64,000 nt of DNA from Vulcanimicrobiota bacterium. GTDB taxonomy: Bacteria > Vulcanimicrobiota > Vulcanimicrobiia > Vulcanimicrobiales > Vulcanimicrobiaceae. Under the pieces are notes generated by a model that was not told the DNA's origin, ran no database searches, and saw only the letters and a program-made list of their open reading frames with translations. Location of the stretch: positions 3,104,001-3,168,000 of the forward strand of contig OY970223.1 of the NCBI GenBank assembly GCA_963714015.1. Direction: 5' to 3'. Positions 48,586-56,669 of the stretch are shown here, piece by piece. Numbering within the stretch: position 1 is the first letter of the stretch; each line of letters begins with the position of its first letter. Both the position numbers and the translations under genes were made by a program.

Positions 48586-49410
48586 CTACCGATCGTGAAT
48601 GGCGTCGCGCATCGAGGCCGCCAAGTTCTGCAAGGCCGGGTCGCTTCGGGCGTCCGCCGCGGCTCGATCGAAAGCCGCGCGCGCCTCGGGCCGTTTTCCT
48701 TGCCGCAGCAAAATCGTGCCCAGCGCAAATCGCGCCCGTGCATAGCCGGGGGAGAGATCCAAGGCCAGCGCAAACTCTTGGGCCGCGGCTGCGTACTGGC
48801 CCAATCCGGCTTGCGCAGCGCCCAGATCGTAGTGCGCCACGGCGTAACTGGAGTCGCCGCTCAGCAGCCGTTTGAAATCGTCCCGTGCTGCCGCCAAGTC
48901 GCCGCTCTTGAGCGCGACGATGCCGTGCGAATAAAGGGCGCGCGCCGAATCCGGCGCCGCGGATTCGAAGCGATCGGCGATCGATCTTGCCTCTTGCAGG
49001 TTGCCTCGCGCGATGTCGACCGCTATCAGATTCGCCATCGCAGCCAGAAACTGAGGATCGCCCTGCAATGCATCGCGAAACTCGCGCGCCGCGTCGTCGT
49101 TCCGGTTCAAGTTGGCATAGGCAATGCCCAGATCGTACTGGGCGGTGGAGTGCTGCGGCTCAGGCGGCTGCAGTTGAACGATCCGTTCGAACTCTGCAGC
49201 GGCCGCGGTCCATTGCAAATGGGATTCCGCGTCCAGACCTAAAAGAAAACGCTCGTGAACTTCGCGCGCAACCCCAATGGCATGCAACTGTTTGGGATCG
49301 TTCGTACGCGGCGACGGCGTACTTTGATCGTACGTCTGCGCAGCGGCCGCGCCCGATCCGTACAAGGATATGCAGACGGCCAGTGCCAGCCCCAAGCACC
49401 GCATCCGCAC
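48586..49410 (-). CDS. Secreted tetratricopeptide repeat protein
   Basis: Signal peptide; several AxYDLG...A...F..AL..DP repeats. Confidence 0.85.
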   Translation of the reverse strand: MRMRCLGLALAVCISLYGSGAAAAQTYDQSTPSPRTNDPKQLHAIGVAREVHERFLLGLDAESHLQWTAAAAEFERIVQLQPPEPQHSTAQYDLGIAYANLNRNDDAAREFRDALQGDPQFLAAMANLIAVDIARGNLQEARSIADRFESAAPDSARALYSHGIVALKSGDLAAARDDFKRLLSGDSSYAVAHYDLGAAQAGLGQYAAAAQEFALALDLSPGYARARFALGTILLRQGKRPEARAAFDRAAADARSDPALQNLAASMRDAIHDR

Positions 49411-49412
49411 GA

Positions 49413-49664
49413 CTATCGCGTGTCGTCCGGAAGTTCGGCGTCTTTCGCGGAACGCGCGGCGGCCGCGCGCTCGGGTTTACAAGCCCAGCCCTTCCGGCCG
49501 GCTTCGGTTATGGGTCCCAGCAGACCCGGCGCCGCAGAAGTCTGCAGTGCGCCGCCCATCAGCTGTTCCAGGGAACCGGCGCCGGCAAGACCCGTCGCAA
49601 CTGCCGCCAGCGAGCCCGCCAGAAGCAACCCGTAGAACAGCGACCGGAGCACGCGAGTTGACAT
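49413..49664 (-). CDS. Small membrane-anchored hypothetical protein
   Basis: N-terminal hydrophobic helix; TATAAT upstream; abuts the TPR gene. Confidence 0.45.
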   Translation of the reverse strand: MSTRVLRSLFYGLLLAGSLAAVATGLAGAGSLEQLMGGALQTSAAPGLLGPITEAGRKGWACKPERAAAARSAKDAELPDDTR

Positions 49665-49698
49665 CTGGCCTTATTATAGTCGAACCTGTGAAAAAAAC

Positions 49699-51450
49699 AT
49701 GAATCGGTGGACGGGCGCCCTGCTTGCTCCCTTACTCCTCGGTGCGGCACCCCAACCGCTCGTTGTGGGCGTGGTTCACGATCAGTACGGAGAGGCGATC
49801 GGTGGGGCCCTGGTGCAGTCCGCCGGCCTGAAAACCGCTACCGACGCCTCGGGGACGTTTGCATTCCCCGGCGGCGATCCGTCCGGATGGGTCGTCATAA
49901 CCTGCGCGTATTGCCGCGCCGAAAAAGTGCACTACGATGCCGGCACTCCCGTCATAGCAATCGTCCAGCGATACGATGCAATCGCGCAATCCGCTCCAAC
50001 GCGCCGCGACTATACGGCTTTGCCCTATTCGAGCGCCGCGTCATCGGTTTCGCTCACGCCCTTCGCCGTGCTTGACGACAGCGCTTCGTCGATTCCCGGA
50101 GCGCGCGTCTCGATGTTTGGAGCTTCCCCCTCTTGGGGCGGTGTGACGGTCGACGACGGCATCCCCGATTACGACGTGGCAGCCGGTGCATCGACGTTTA
50201 CGTTTTTGCCTGCGGGATTTGTGCAGCACGTCGCGGTTTTTGGACCCGACTGGGCATTTCGTTACGGCGACAACGCGGGAAGCGGAACGTTTTTGGTCGA
50301 TACCCGCGCGGATTCCGGAACGTCGGCAACTTTAGCGGCGGGCGGTCAGCAAATCGTGCGCGTCGCCCAAAACGACGGGAATTTTGCGGCATCGGCGGGT
50401 TTTGCATCCAGCGCGAGCGATTCACGCGATAGGATCGATGCGACATATACGGCGTCGATCGGCGACGACACGATCACCGCTGCCGCGATTCTGGCGGGCA
50501 GCCATGACGCGCCGGCTATCGACGACGCGCTCGATTCGGCATTCAATGCCTTGCGCGTAAACTACCGGCACTCGCGTTCCGATGTGGTTCAGGCGAGCCT
50601 CATAATCGATAACGGCGGTTACAACGGCACGCTTTACGAGGGCGCGGGCATCGCCGCAGCCTGGAGTGACGTCGAAGCGGACGCGACGCTGCAGACTTCC
50701 GGGACGCTGCACGGTTTCGTCGACGCGGCTTATCGCGATTCGACCGGAGCGTACGGCGACTCGACGATCGACGCTCCGGTTGCCGGATCGATCGCACAGG
50801 GGCACGTCGATGCCGGTTTGCAGTTCGATACCTCGCAACTGACCGCTTCGGCCGGCTTGGGCGCCTTCGGCATAGGCTATACGGGCGGTGCGCAAGGGGC
50901 CACGCAGCCGCTTAACGCACGAATTCTCGTGCCGTCGGCGTCAGTAAATTACGCCGTTGCGTCCAATTGGCAAGCAGCGGTGTCGACGGGTCAATGGTTC
51001 CGCCTTCCGTCGCTCTTGCAGACGTATGGTTCGTCGCCCGCATCACTCGCCGTGCAGAAAGGTTCGAGCAGCATCGAGCGTTTGCAGTACGGCGATCTGC
51101 AGCGAGTTCGCATAGAGATAATGGGAGTGCAGGGTGCATCGGATGGGACAGGTGGGGACTTCGGCTGGGAGATCGCACCGAATTTTTCGCTGCGCGCCTG
51201 GACCATGCACTTCAAGAACGTTGCGGAGGACAACAGTGGAACGGTAAATGCGCTGTGGACGACGTACGAGAATCCGCGCGGACTGCGGTTGGACCTGATC
51301 GAGCGCCGCGACGAGCTGGACGAAGCGCCTAATCAGCATTTCGACGGCTCGGGCTCCGTGCCGTTAACCGGGCATGTCCGGGCGTTTGCCGCCACGGAGA
51401 GACGGCGTTTCCAGCGCATCTACGAAGCGGGAATACAGCTCGTTCCCTGA
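49699..51450 (+). CDS. Atypical short TonB-dependent-receptor-like outer membrane protein with N-terminal carboxypeptidase-regulatory-like domain
   Basis: G.V.DQ.G..I.GA.V...TDA.G.F; plug-like V.DDGIP and FRYG.NA.SG; beta strands to the C-terminus. Confidence 0.6.
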   Translation: MNRWTGALLAPLLLGAAPQPLVVGVVHDQYGEAIGGALVQSAGLKTATDASGTFAFPGGDPSGWVVITCAYCRAEKVHYDAGTPVIAIVQRYDAIAQSAPTRRDYTALPYSSAASSVSLTPFAVLDDSASSIPGARVSMFGASPSWGGVTVDDGIPDYDVAAGASTFTFLPAGFVQHVAVFGPDWAFRYGDNAGSGTFLVDTRADSGTSATLAAGGQQIVRVAQNDGNFAASAGFASSASDSRDRIDATYTASIGDDTITAAAILAGSHDAPAIDDALDSAFNALRVNYRHSRSDVVQASLIIDNGGYNGTLYEGAGIAAAWSDVEADATLQTSGTLHGFVDAAYRDSTGAYGDSTIDAPVAGSIAQGHVDAGLQFDTSQLTASAGLGAFGIGYTGGAQGATQPLNARILVPSASVNYAVASNWQAAVSTGQWFRLPSLLQTYGSSPASLAVQKGSSSIERLQYGDLQRVRIEIMGVQGASDGTGGDFGWEIAPNFSLRAWTMHFKNVAEDNSGTVNALWTTYENPRGLRLDLIERRDELDEAPNQHFDGSGSVPLTGHVRAFAATERRRFQRIYEAGIQLVP

Positions 51451-51466
51451 CGCGCCTTAGCGTCAC

Positions 51467-51498
51467 TTCAGAGTTTTTTCACGGGCCTGCTGCATAGT
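51467..51498 (+). promoter_or_regulatory. TTCA-N7-TTCA tandem box plus -10-like CATAGT upstream of ECF sigma
   Basis: TTCAgagttttTTCA, 11 nt, CATAGT; same geometry as 48530-48561. Confidence 0.5.
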
Positions 51499-51517
51499 CG
51501 CTGCAGGAGGCCACAAC

Positions 51518-52003
51518 GTGCAACAACCCGCCGCTCTCGACCGCATCTACGCCGATTTTGCGCCCGCACTGGTCGTGCAAGCGCGCCGCATCTTGCAAAA
51601 CCGCGAAGATGCGCACGACTGCGTACACGACGTACTGGTCAAGTTGTGGCTTCGGCCTTCGCTCTACTCGCCGGAGAAAGGCTCGCTCCGCAGCTTTCTG
51701 TTGGCCTGCGTCGGCAACGAAGCTCGCAGCCGTCAACGCATGGCCGGGCGTCGTCGCCGGATACTCTATGCCAATGCCGTGCGCTGCGAGCCCGCAGCGT
51801 GGGACGTCGATTCACACGTGGACGTGCTGCAGCTCGCGCATGCGATAGCGGCGCTTCCCCCGCTGCAGCGGCAAGCCATTACGATGCACTATTTTGAGGA
51901 CATGCGGCACGTCGACATCGCGGCCGAATTGCATGCGCCGCTCGGAACGATTAAAACCCGCATTCATCAAGCGAAGCGCCGTCTGCGCCACTACTTATCC
52001 TAA
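51518..52003 (+). CDS. ECF RNA polymerase sigma factor (SigK-like)
   Basis: DA.D.V.DV...LW, Y.P.KGS...FL, LP..QR.AI...YF, IA..L..PLGTIKTR. Confidence 0.9.
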   Translation: MQQPAALDRIYADFAPALVVQARRILQNREDAHDCVHDVLVKLWLRPSLYSPEKGSLRSFLLACVGNEARSRQRMAGRRRRILYANAVRCEPAAWDVDSHVDVLQLAHAIAALPPLQRQAITMHYFEDMRHVDIAAELHAPLGTIKTRIHQAKRRLRHYLS

Positions 52004-52037
52004 TCAAACACCTACACCCTTGGGAGTCTAGAATCAC

Positions 52038-52529
52038 ATGAAAATCAAATCGATCTTCGCCGCGCCCCTATTGCTGGCGCTTGCCGCTTGCGGCGGGGGT
52101 GGCGGCACTGCCGCCGTGCCGTCCCCGACGAACACGCCCCTCAGTGACGGGAACATTCCGCTCATACAATCGGTCAGCGGATCCAACGCGTATGTTGCCT
52201 CCGGCAATAGCCACACACTCTATTACTTATCGAGCGACTCCGCTACGGGAAGCAGCTGCACCGGCAATTGCCTTGCCGAGTGGCCCGCATATATGGTCTC
52301 ATCCGGGGCGACTGCGGTGAACAATATGACCATCATCACGCGTTCGGACGGAACGGGACAACAATGGGCGTATCAGGGACATCCGCTGTACATGTTCGCC
52401 GGCGACAGCGGCGCGGATCAAGCAAACGGTGAGGGAATCCCCCAACCGCCCGGCACCTGGCACGTTTCGCGGCCTGCTTCCGGCGGGAGCGGAGGCACCG
52501 GCGGAGGCGGCGGCGGCAACGGTTACTGA
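52038..52529 (+). CDS. COG4315-type secreted-repeat lipoprotein
   Basis: Lipobox ALAAC; TLY...D, C.G.C...WP, R.DG..QW.Y.G.PLY.F..D. Confidence 0.85.
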   Translation: MKIKSIFAAPLLLALAACGGGGGTAAVPSPTNTPLSDGNIPLIQSVSGSNAYVASGNSHTLYYLSSDSATGSSCTGNCLAEWPAYMVSSGATAVNNMTIITRSDGTGQQWAYQGHPLYMFAGDSGADQANGEGIPQPPGTWHVSRPASGGSGGTGGGGGGNGY

Positions 52530-53431
52530 GCTGCGGCGATAGACGTTTCCGTCCTATAAGCAACACGCGGATAAGCGCGGGCTGCGAGCAGCGCCGTGAC
52601 GAGGAGCGCAACGATCGTCACCACGCTGCCTTCGGGGCCTGCGTTTCCGCCCGTGAGCCACGCCGGACCGGAGAATGCCGTCTTCAAAAAGGGATGCCAC
52701 GGCAGCATTCCGCTGTCGCGCACACCGTAGAAGAATGTTTCGGCCCAGTCCCACGCGGCGTGAAAGCCGATGCCGAACCAGAGATTGCCCGTGCGCAACA
52801 GGACGAAGCAGAAAACGAGTCCGAAAAGCGCGACTTGTCCCACGCCGAGCGCATTTTCGCCGGGATTGCCCAAATGCGCCGCAGCAAAGCCTAGTGAGAG
52901 CACAAGCGCCGCGGGCCAAAATCCGATGCCGGTCGTAAGCGTGAACTGCGGATAGCCGCGGAAAGTGAACTCTTCCGCCAAACCGACGAACAAAAACGCA
53001 ACCGTCCAGGCCAGGAATGCGACGGCGAGCTGCGCACCATGCGTCGCGATGCCGCTTATGCGAAATCCGCTGCCCAAAAAAATCACCAGCAAGACGGCGG
53101 TAATTGCAAGGAATCCCCAAAGCGCTCCGCGCCAAAACCGGCCTTGCACAGCTCCCGCGAACGGAAGGCCGTAATCCCGGAATTTGCGCCGCTCGATCTT
53201 GGCCATGACGGCGGCGGCGATGACGGTGACGACAAAGATGGCGAGCTCGAATCCCACTGTTGCCGGATAGAGCACTTTGGGACGAGGCCGGTGTGCAAGC
53301 GCGGCGACGCCCGGAAACACCGCTCGAACAATGGTGCCCGCGATGAAAAACAACACAAAAACGATAGCCAGAAAGATCAGCAGGCGCCAGCCTGCGCGGA
53401 TGCCGTTCGGACCGATGAAGATATTCCTCAA
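52523..53431 (-). CDS. CPBP (Abi/CAAX) family intramembrane protease
   Basis: EE..FRGY, F...H..N, H..W, GPEGS. Confidence 0.9.
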   Translation of the reverse strand: MRNIFIGPNGIRAGWRLLIFLAIVFVLFFIAGTIVRAVFPGVAALAHRPRPKVLYPATVGFELAIFVVTVIAAAVMAKIERRKFRDYGLPFAGAVQGRFWRGALWGFLAITAVLLVIFLGSGFRISGIATHGAQLAVAFLAWTVAFLFVGLAEEFTFRGYPQFTLTTGIGFWPAALVLSLGFAAAHLGNPGENALGVGQVALFGLVFCFVLLRTGNLWFGIGFHAAWDWAETFFYGVRDSGMLPWHPFLKTAFSGPAWLTGGNAGPEGSVVTIVALLVTALLAARAYPRVAYRTETSIAAAQ

Positions 53432-54600
53432 ACCGCCACCGCCACGCGATTCGGACCTTCGAGTTTGGCGCGCGCGCATGCCGCTTGCGCCATCTGGAGA
53501 ACTTCCTGAGCGCCCGTGGCGGCCGTGGTAATCTCAGCCACTCCGATATCCGACTGCACGTGCAGTCGTTCTATGGCTGCGAGGAATTCATCGGCCGCGC
53601 GCCGCGCTTGTTCCAGATTGCAATGACGCAGCAGCACAGCCAGCTCTTGCGGGCCCGTTCGCGCCATGACGTCCGCCGATCGGAGCCGGTGACCGAGCAC
53701 TTCGGAGAGCTTCGAGATATCCGAGAAACCGGCGAATTCGATCGCGAGCAAACCGTGCGGACGATCGTTCATCCGCGCGTCGTGTATCGCGTAGTCGAGG
53801 GCCCGCGTCAAATAACGAGCGTTGTGCAGGCCGGTGATGTCGTCGCGCGCGGTTTCGAGCGACTGCAGTTCCTCCTGCTCGTGGCGTGCGGTCGTATCGC
53901 GATACATCACGATTGTGTGCGTTACCGACCCGTCCGGCCCCCGAAGTGGCCGCGCGTTCAGCTCGACCCAGAAGATCGAGCCGTCGTGCCGGTAATACGC
54001 CACCTCGTGGCGGCTCGGTATGCCTTGAGCCAGAAGTGCGCGCCGGCGGTTCGACTCTTCAACGTTGGTGCGCGGCCCTTCCAGAAAGCGCGACGTATGT
54101 CCGATGACATCGGAACGCTCGTATCCCGTCGTCTTCAGGAACGTCTCATTGACGTAAGCGATGCGCCATTCACGCAGCGGCGTCCACTCGAACATGGCCA
54201 CCATGTCACTGGCCTGATCGACCGCCGCGGACAGCATTCGCATGCGCGCTTCGGCCTGCGTGCGCTGCGTTACGTCGGTGGCGATGCCGCAAACGGCATA
54301 GAGTTCTCCCGTCTTGTCCACCAGCGGAAACTTGACGACCACGACCGCGTGATAACCATCGTGGTAGCCGTACCGTTCTTCGGAGACGTAAGGCGAACGC
54401 GTCTCGAGCACTTTGCGATCGGCTTCCCGGTATGCGTCCGCGGTCTCTTTCGGGAAAAGATCGTAATCAGTCTTTCCCAGATAGGTGGTCCTGGAGACCG
54501 CGTGCGCCAGCTCGTAACCGCGGTTGATGAAGATGTAACGGCCGTCAACGTCCTTCGCGAAGATTACGGTTTCGGTGCTGTCGACGAGATCGTCAAGCAT
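53428..54600 (-). CDS. PAS-PAS protein with degenerate GGDEF domain
   Basis: Two PAS/PAC domains; D.ITGLHN.R; A-site reads RTGPQEL; AK..G.NRV end. Confidence 0.85.
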   Translation of the reverse strand: MLDDLVDSTETVIFAKDVDGRYIFINRGYELAHAVSRTTYLGKTDYDLFPKETADAYREADRKVLETRSPYVSEERYGYHDGYHAVVVVKFPLVDKTGELYAVCGIATDVTQRTQAEARMRMLSAAVDQASDMVAMFEWTPLREWRIAYVNETFLKTTGYERSDVIGHTSRFLEGPRTNVEESNRRRALLAQGIPSRHEVAYYRHDGSIFWVELNARPLRGPDGSVTHTIVMYRDTTARHEQEELQSLETARDDITGLHNARYLTRALDYAIHDARMNDRPHGLLAIEFAGFSDISKLSEVLGHRLRSADVMARTGPQELAVLLRHCNLEQARRAADEFLAAIERLHVQSDIGVAEITTAATGAQEVLQMAQAACARAKLEGPNRVAVAV

Positions 54601-54673
54601 GCCGGCCCCTTTCGCCACCGGCCCGAGCGTCCCATGGTAAGTACTCTCCTGCACTCCCGCGAATGTACGTCGG

Positions 54674-55594
54674 ATGGCGGCGGATTCACGGACGATTCGC
54701 ATCGGCGTCGATCTGGGCGGGACGAAAATTGAAATCGTCGCTTTGGACCCTGCCTTGCGTGAACTCGTACGGCGACGCGTGGCCACGCCGGCTGGTGACT
54801 ATGCCGCGATCGTTCGCGTCATCGCCGAATTAGTCGAAGGTGTCGAACGCGAACTCGGGCCGTGCCTGAGCGTCGGAATCGGAACGCCCGGGAGCATCTC
54901 TCCCCGCACGGGCCTTATTCGCAATGCCAACAGCACGGCCCTGATCGGCAAACCGTTCCAAACCGACTTGGAGCGCGCACTTGCACGTTCCGTTCGAATG
55001 AGCAACGATGCAAACTGCTTCGCGCTCTCGGAAGCAACCGACGGTGCGGCGCGCGACTCGGCCGCCGTCTTCGCAGTGATTTTGGGCACGGGCGTGGGCG
55101 GCGGTGCAGCGGTGCACGGTCGAATCGTCGAAGGCGTGAATGCGATCGCCGGCGAGTGGGGGCACAATTCGCTTCCCTGGCCGGACGCAAGCGAATTGCC
55201 GGGACCCGCGTGCTACTGCGGCAAACGCGGATGCATTGAGACCTTTCTGAGCGGCCCGGCTTTGACGCGTCAATTCGCTGACCGCGCCGGGGAGAGCATT
55301 CGACCCACCGAGATTGCGCTACGGGCCCGAGAAGGCGATCGTCGTGCGAATGATTGCATGAACGCGTACGTCAACCGCTTGGCGCGCGGCCTTGCGCACG
55401 TCGTGAACGTCCTAGATCCGGATACGATCGTGCTCGGCGGCGGGGTGTCCAACATCGCCGCATTGTACGCCGATTTGCCGAGCGCAATGCAGCCATGGGT
55501 CTTTTCGGACACATTGCTCACTCGAATCGTGCCCGCGGCTCACGGCGATTCCAGCGGAGTCCGCGGTGCAGCGTTGCTTTGGCAACATTCGTGA
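54674..55594 (+). CDS. mak: ROK family sugar kinase (fructokinase Mak-like)
   Basis: GVDLGGTK, NANST, NDANCFALSE, GEWGH, CYCGK.GCIE, HGDSSGVRGAA. Confidence 0.88.
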   Translation: MAADSRTIRIGVDLGGTKIEIVALDPALRELVRRRVATPAGDYAAIVRVIAELVEGVERELGPCLSVGIGTPGSISPRTGLIRNANSTALIGKPFQTDLERALARSVRMSNDANCFALSEATDGAARDSAAVFAVILGTGVGGGAAVHGRIVEGVNAIAGEWGHNSLPWPDASELPGPACYCGKRGCIETFLSGPALTRQFADRAGESIRPTEIALRAREGDRRANDCMNAYVNRLARGLAHVVNVLDPDTIVLGGGVSNIAALYADLPSAMQPWVFSDTLLTRIVPAAHGDSSGVRGAALLWQHS

Positions 55595-55623
55595 CGACCG
55601 CGGTAATGGGTAAAATCGCTTCA

Positions 55624-55866
55624 ATGGAAACCGAAACCAGAACGTTCACGAACGTAAGCCGCGCCCAGGTCGACAAATTGAGAGAATCGATCGCCGCCTT
55701 TGTGCCGCTTGGGCAAGGCGACACCGGCGCGATCGAGAGCCACGGCTTCAAGGGCAGTTTCGCTTACGACGAGCCGGCGCAGACGCTGACGCTCAGCATT
55801 TCGCAGAAGCCGATGTTCGTCCCGGCGGCTATGGTGTGGCAAACGATCGAGAGAGCACTTCAATAA
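55624..55866 (+). CDS. Small hypothetical protein (80 aa)
   Basis: Globular-looking sequence; TAAAAT 7 nt upstream of ATG. Confidence 0.6.
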   Translation: METETRTFTNVSRAQVDKLRESIAAFVPLGQGDTGAIESHGFKGSFAYDEPAQTLTLSISQKPMFVPAAMVWQTIERALQ

Positions 55867-55933
55867 AGAAGGCGTCGCGGTTGCGGCGCCTTCATCATTG
55901 CCTGCGCGAAGCGCAGTTGAGCCCGTCGAAGGG

Positions 55934-56086
55934 TTACTCGCCCGCTCCTAATTCGGAACGGCTTTCTTCCATGCTCTCGTCCTCGCTTATCTCACCCGTC
56001 TCCGCGCGGGAACGCGTTTGGGTGGCGCGATCGAGCTCCTTGTCGCGGGTGTCCGTGTCATCCTGCATGTTGTTGCGCTCGTCCAT
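55934..56086 (-). CDS. Small acidic hydrophilic protein
   Basis: GAGG RBS; 50 aa rich in D/E/R; SigB/SigF-like promoter at 56109-56136. Confidence 0.55.
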   Translation of the reverse strand: MDERNNMQDDTDTRDKELDRATQTRSRAETGEISEDESMEESRSELGAGE

Positions 56087-56152
56087 CGTTATTACCTCGA
56101 CCCGCAGTGTTCCCAAAGCGGCGGGCGCGGTAAACCTCCCGCCAAGCCGGCG

Positions 56153-56659
56153 CTATCCGAGCTTTTCCAACGCTTCGAAGATCTGCTCTTCGTCGGGCTG
56201 TTCCCCGATGTTGTGCACGTCGATGTACCTGATGATGCCGGACTTGTCGACGACGAACACCGCCCTCTCAGAGCGTCCCGACTTTTCGTCGAAAACGCCG
56301 TAGAGACTTGCGACGTTGCCGTGGGGCCAAAAATCGCAAAGAAGCGGATAGGTGATGCCTCCGATTGATTCGGCCCACGCGCGATTTGCATGTTTCGTAT
56401 CGATTGAGATGCCCACAACTTGAGCATCGAGCCCTTTAAAGCGCTCGAGATTTTTCTCGAGGCCGGGCATTTGGCTGCTTCAAACCGGGGTGAACGCGAA
56501 GGGATAGAACACGATGACCGCATTGTTCTTGCCCTTCTGATCCGATAGCCGCCAGCGGGTTCCTAAATGACTTTCGAGCTCGAAATCGGGCGCCGGAGCG
56601 CCGACCTCCAATGTCGTCGTGCGATTGGCCGTGGAGGTGCGGCCCTTGCTTACTGCCAT
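56153..56659 (-). CDS. AhpE-like peroxiredoxin with in-frame UGA at the peroxidatic position (probable selenoprotein)
   Basis: APDFEL...FYPFAFTPV-TGA-SSQMP continues in frame to GIS.D, DFWPHG, ERAVFVVD. Confidence 0.85.
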
Positions 56660-56669
56660 GGGGCGCATT

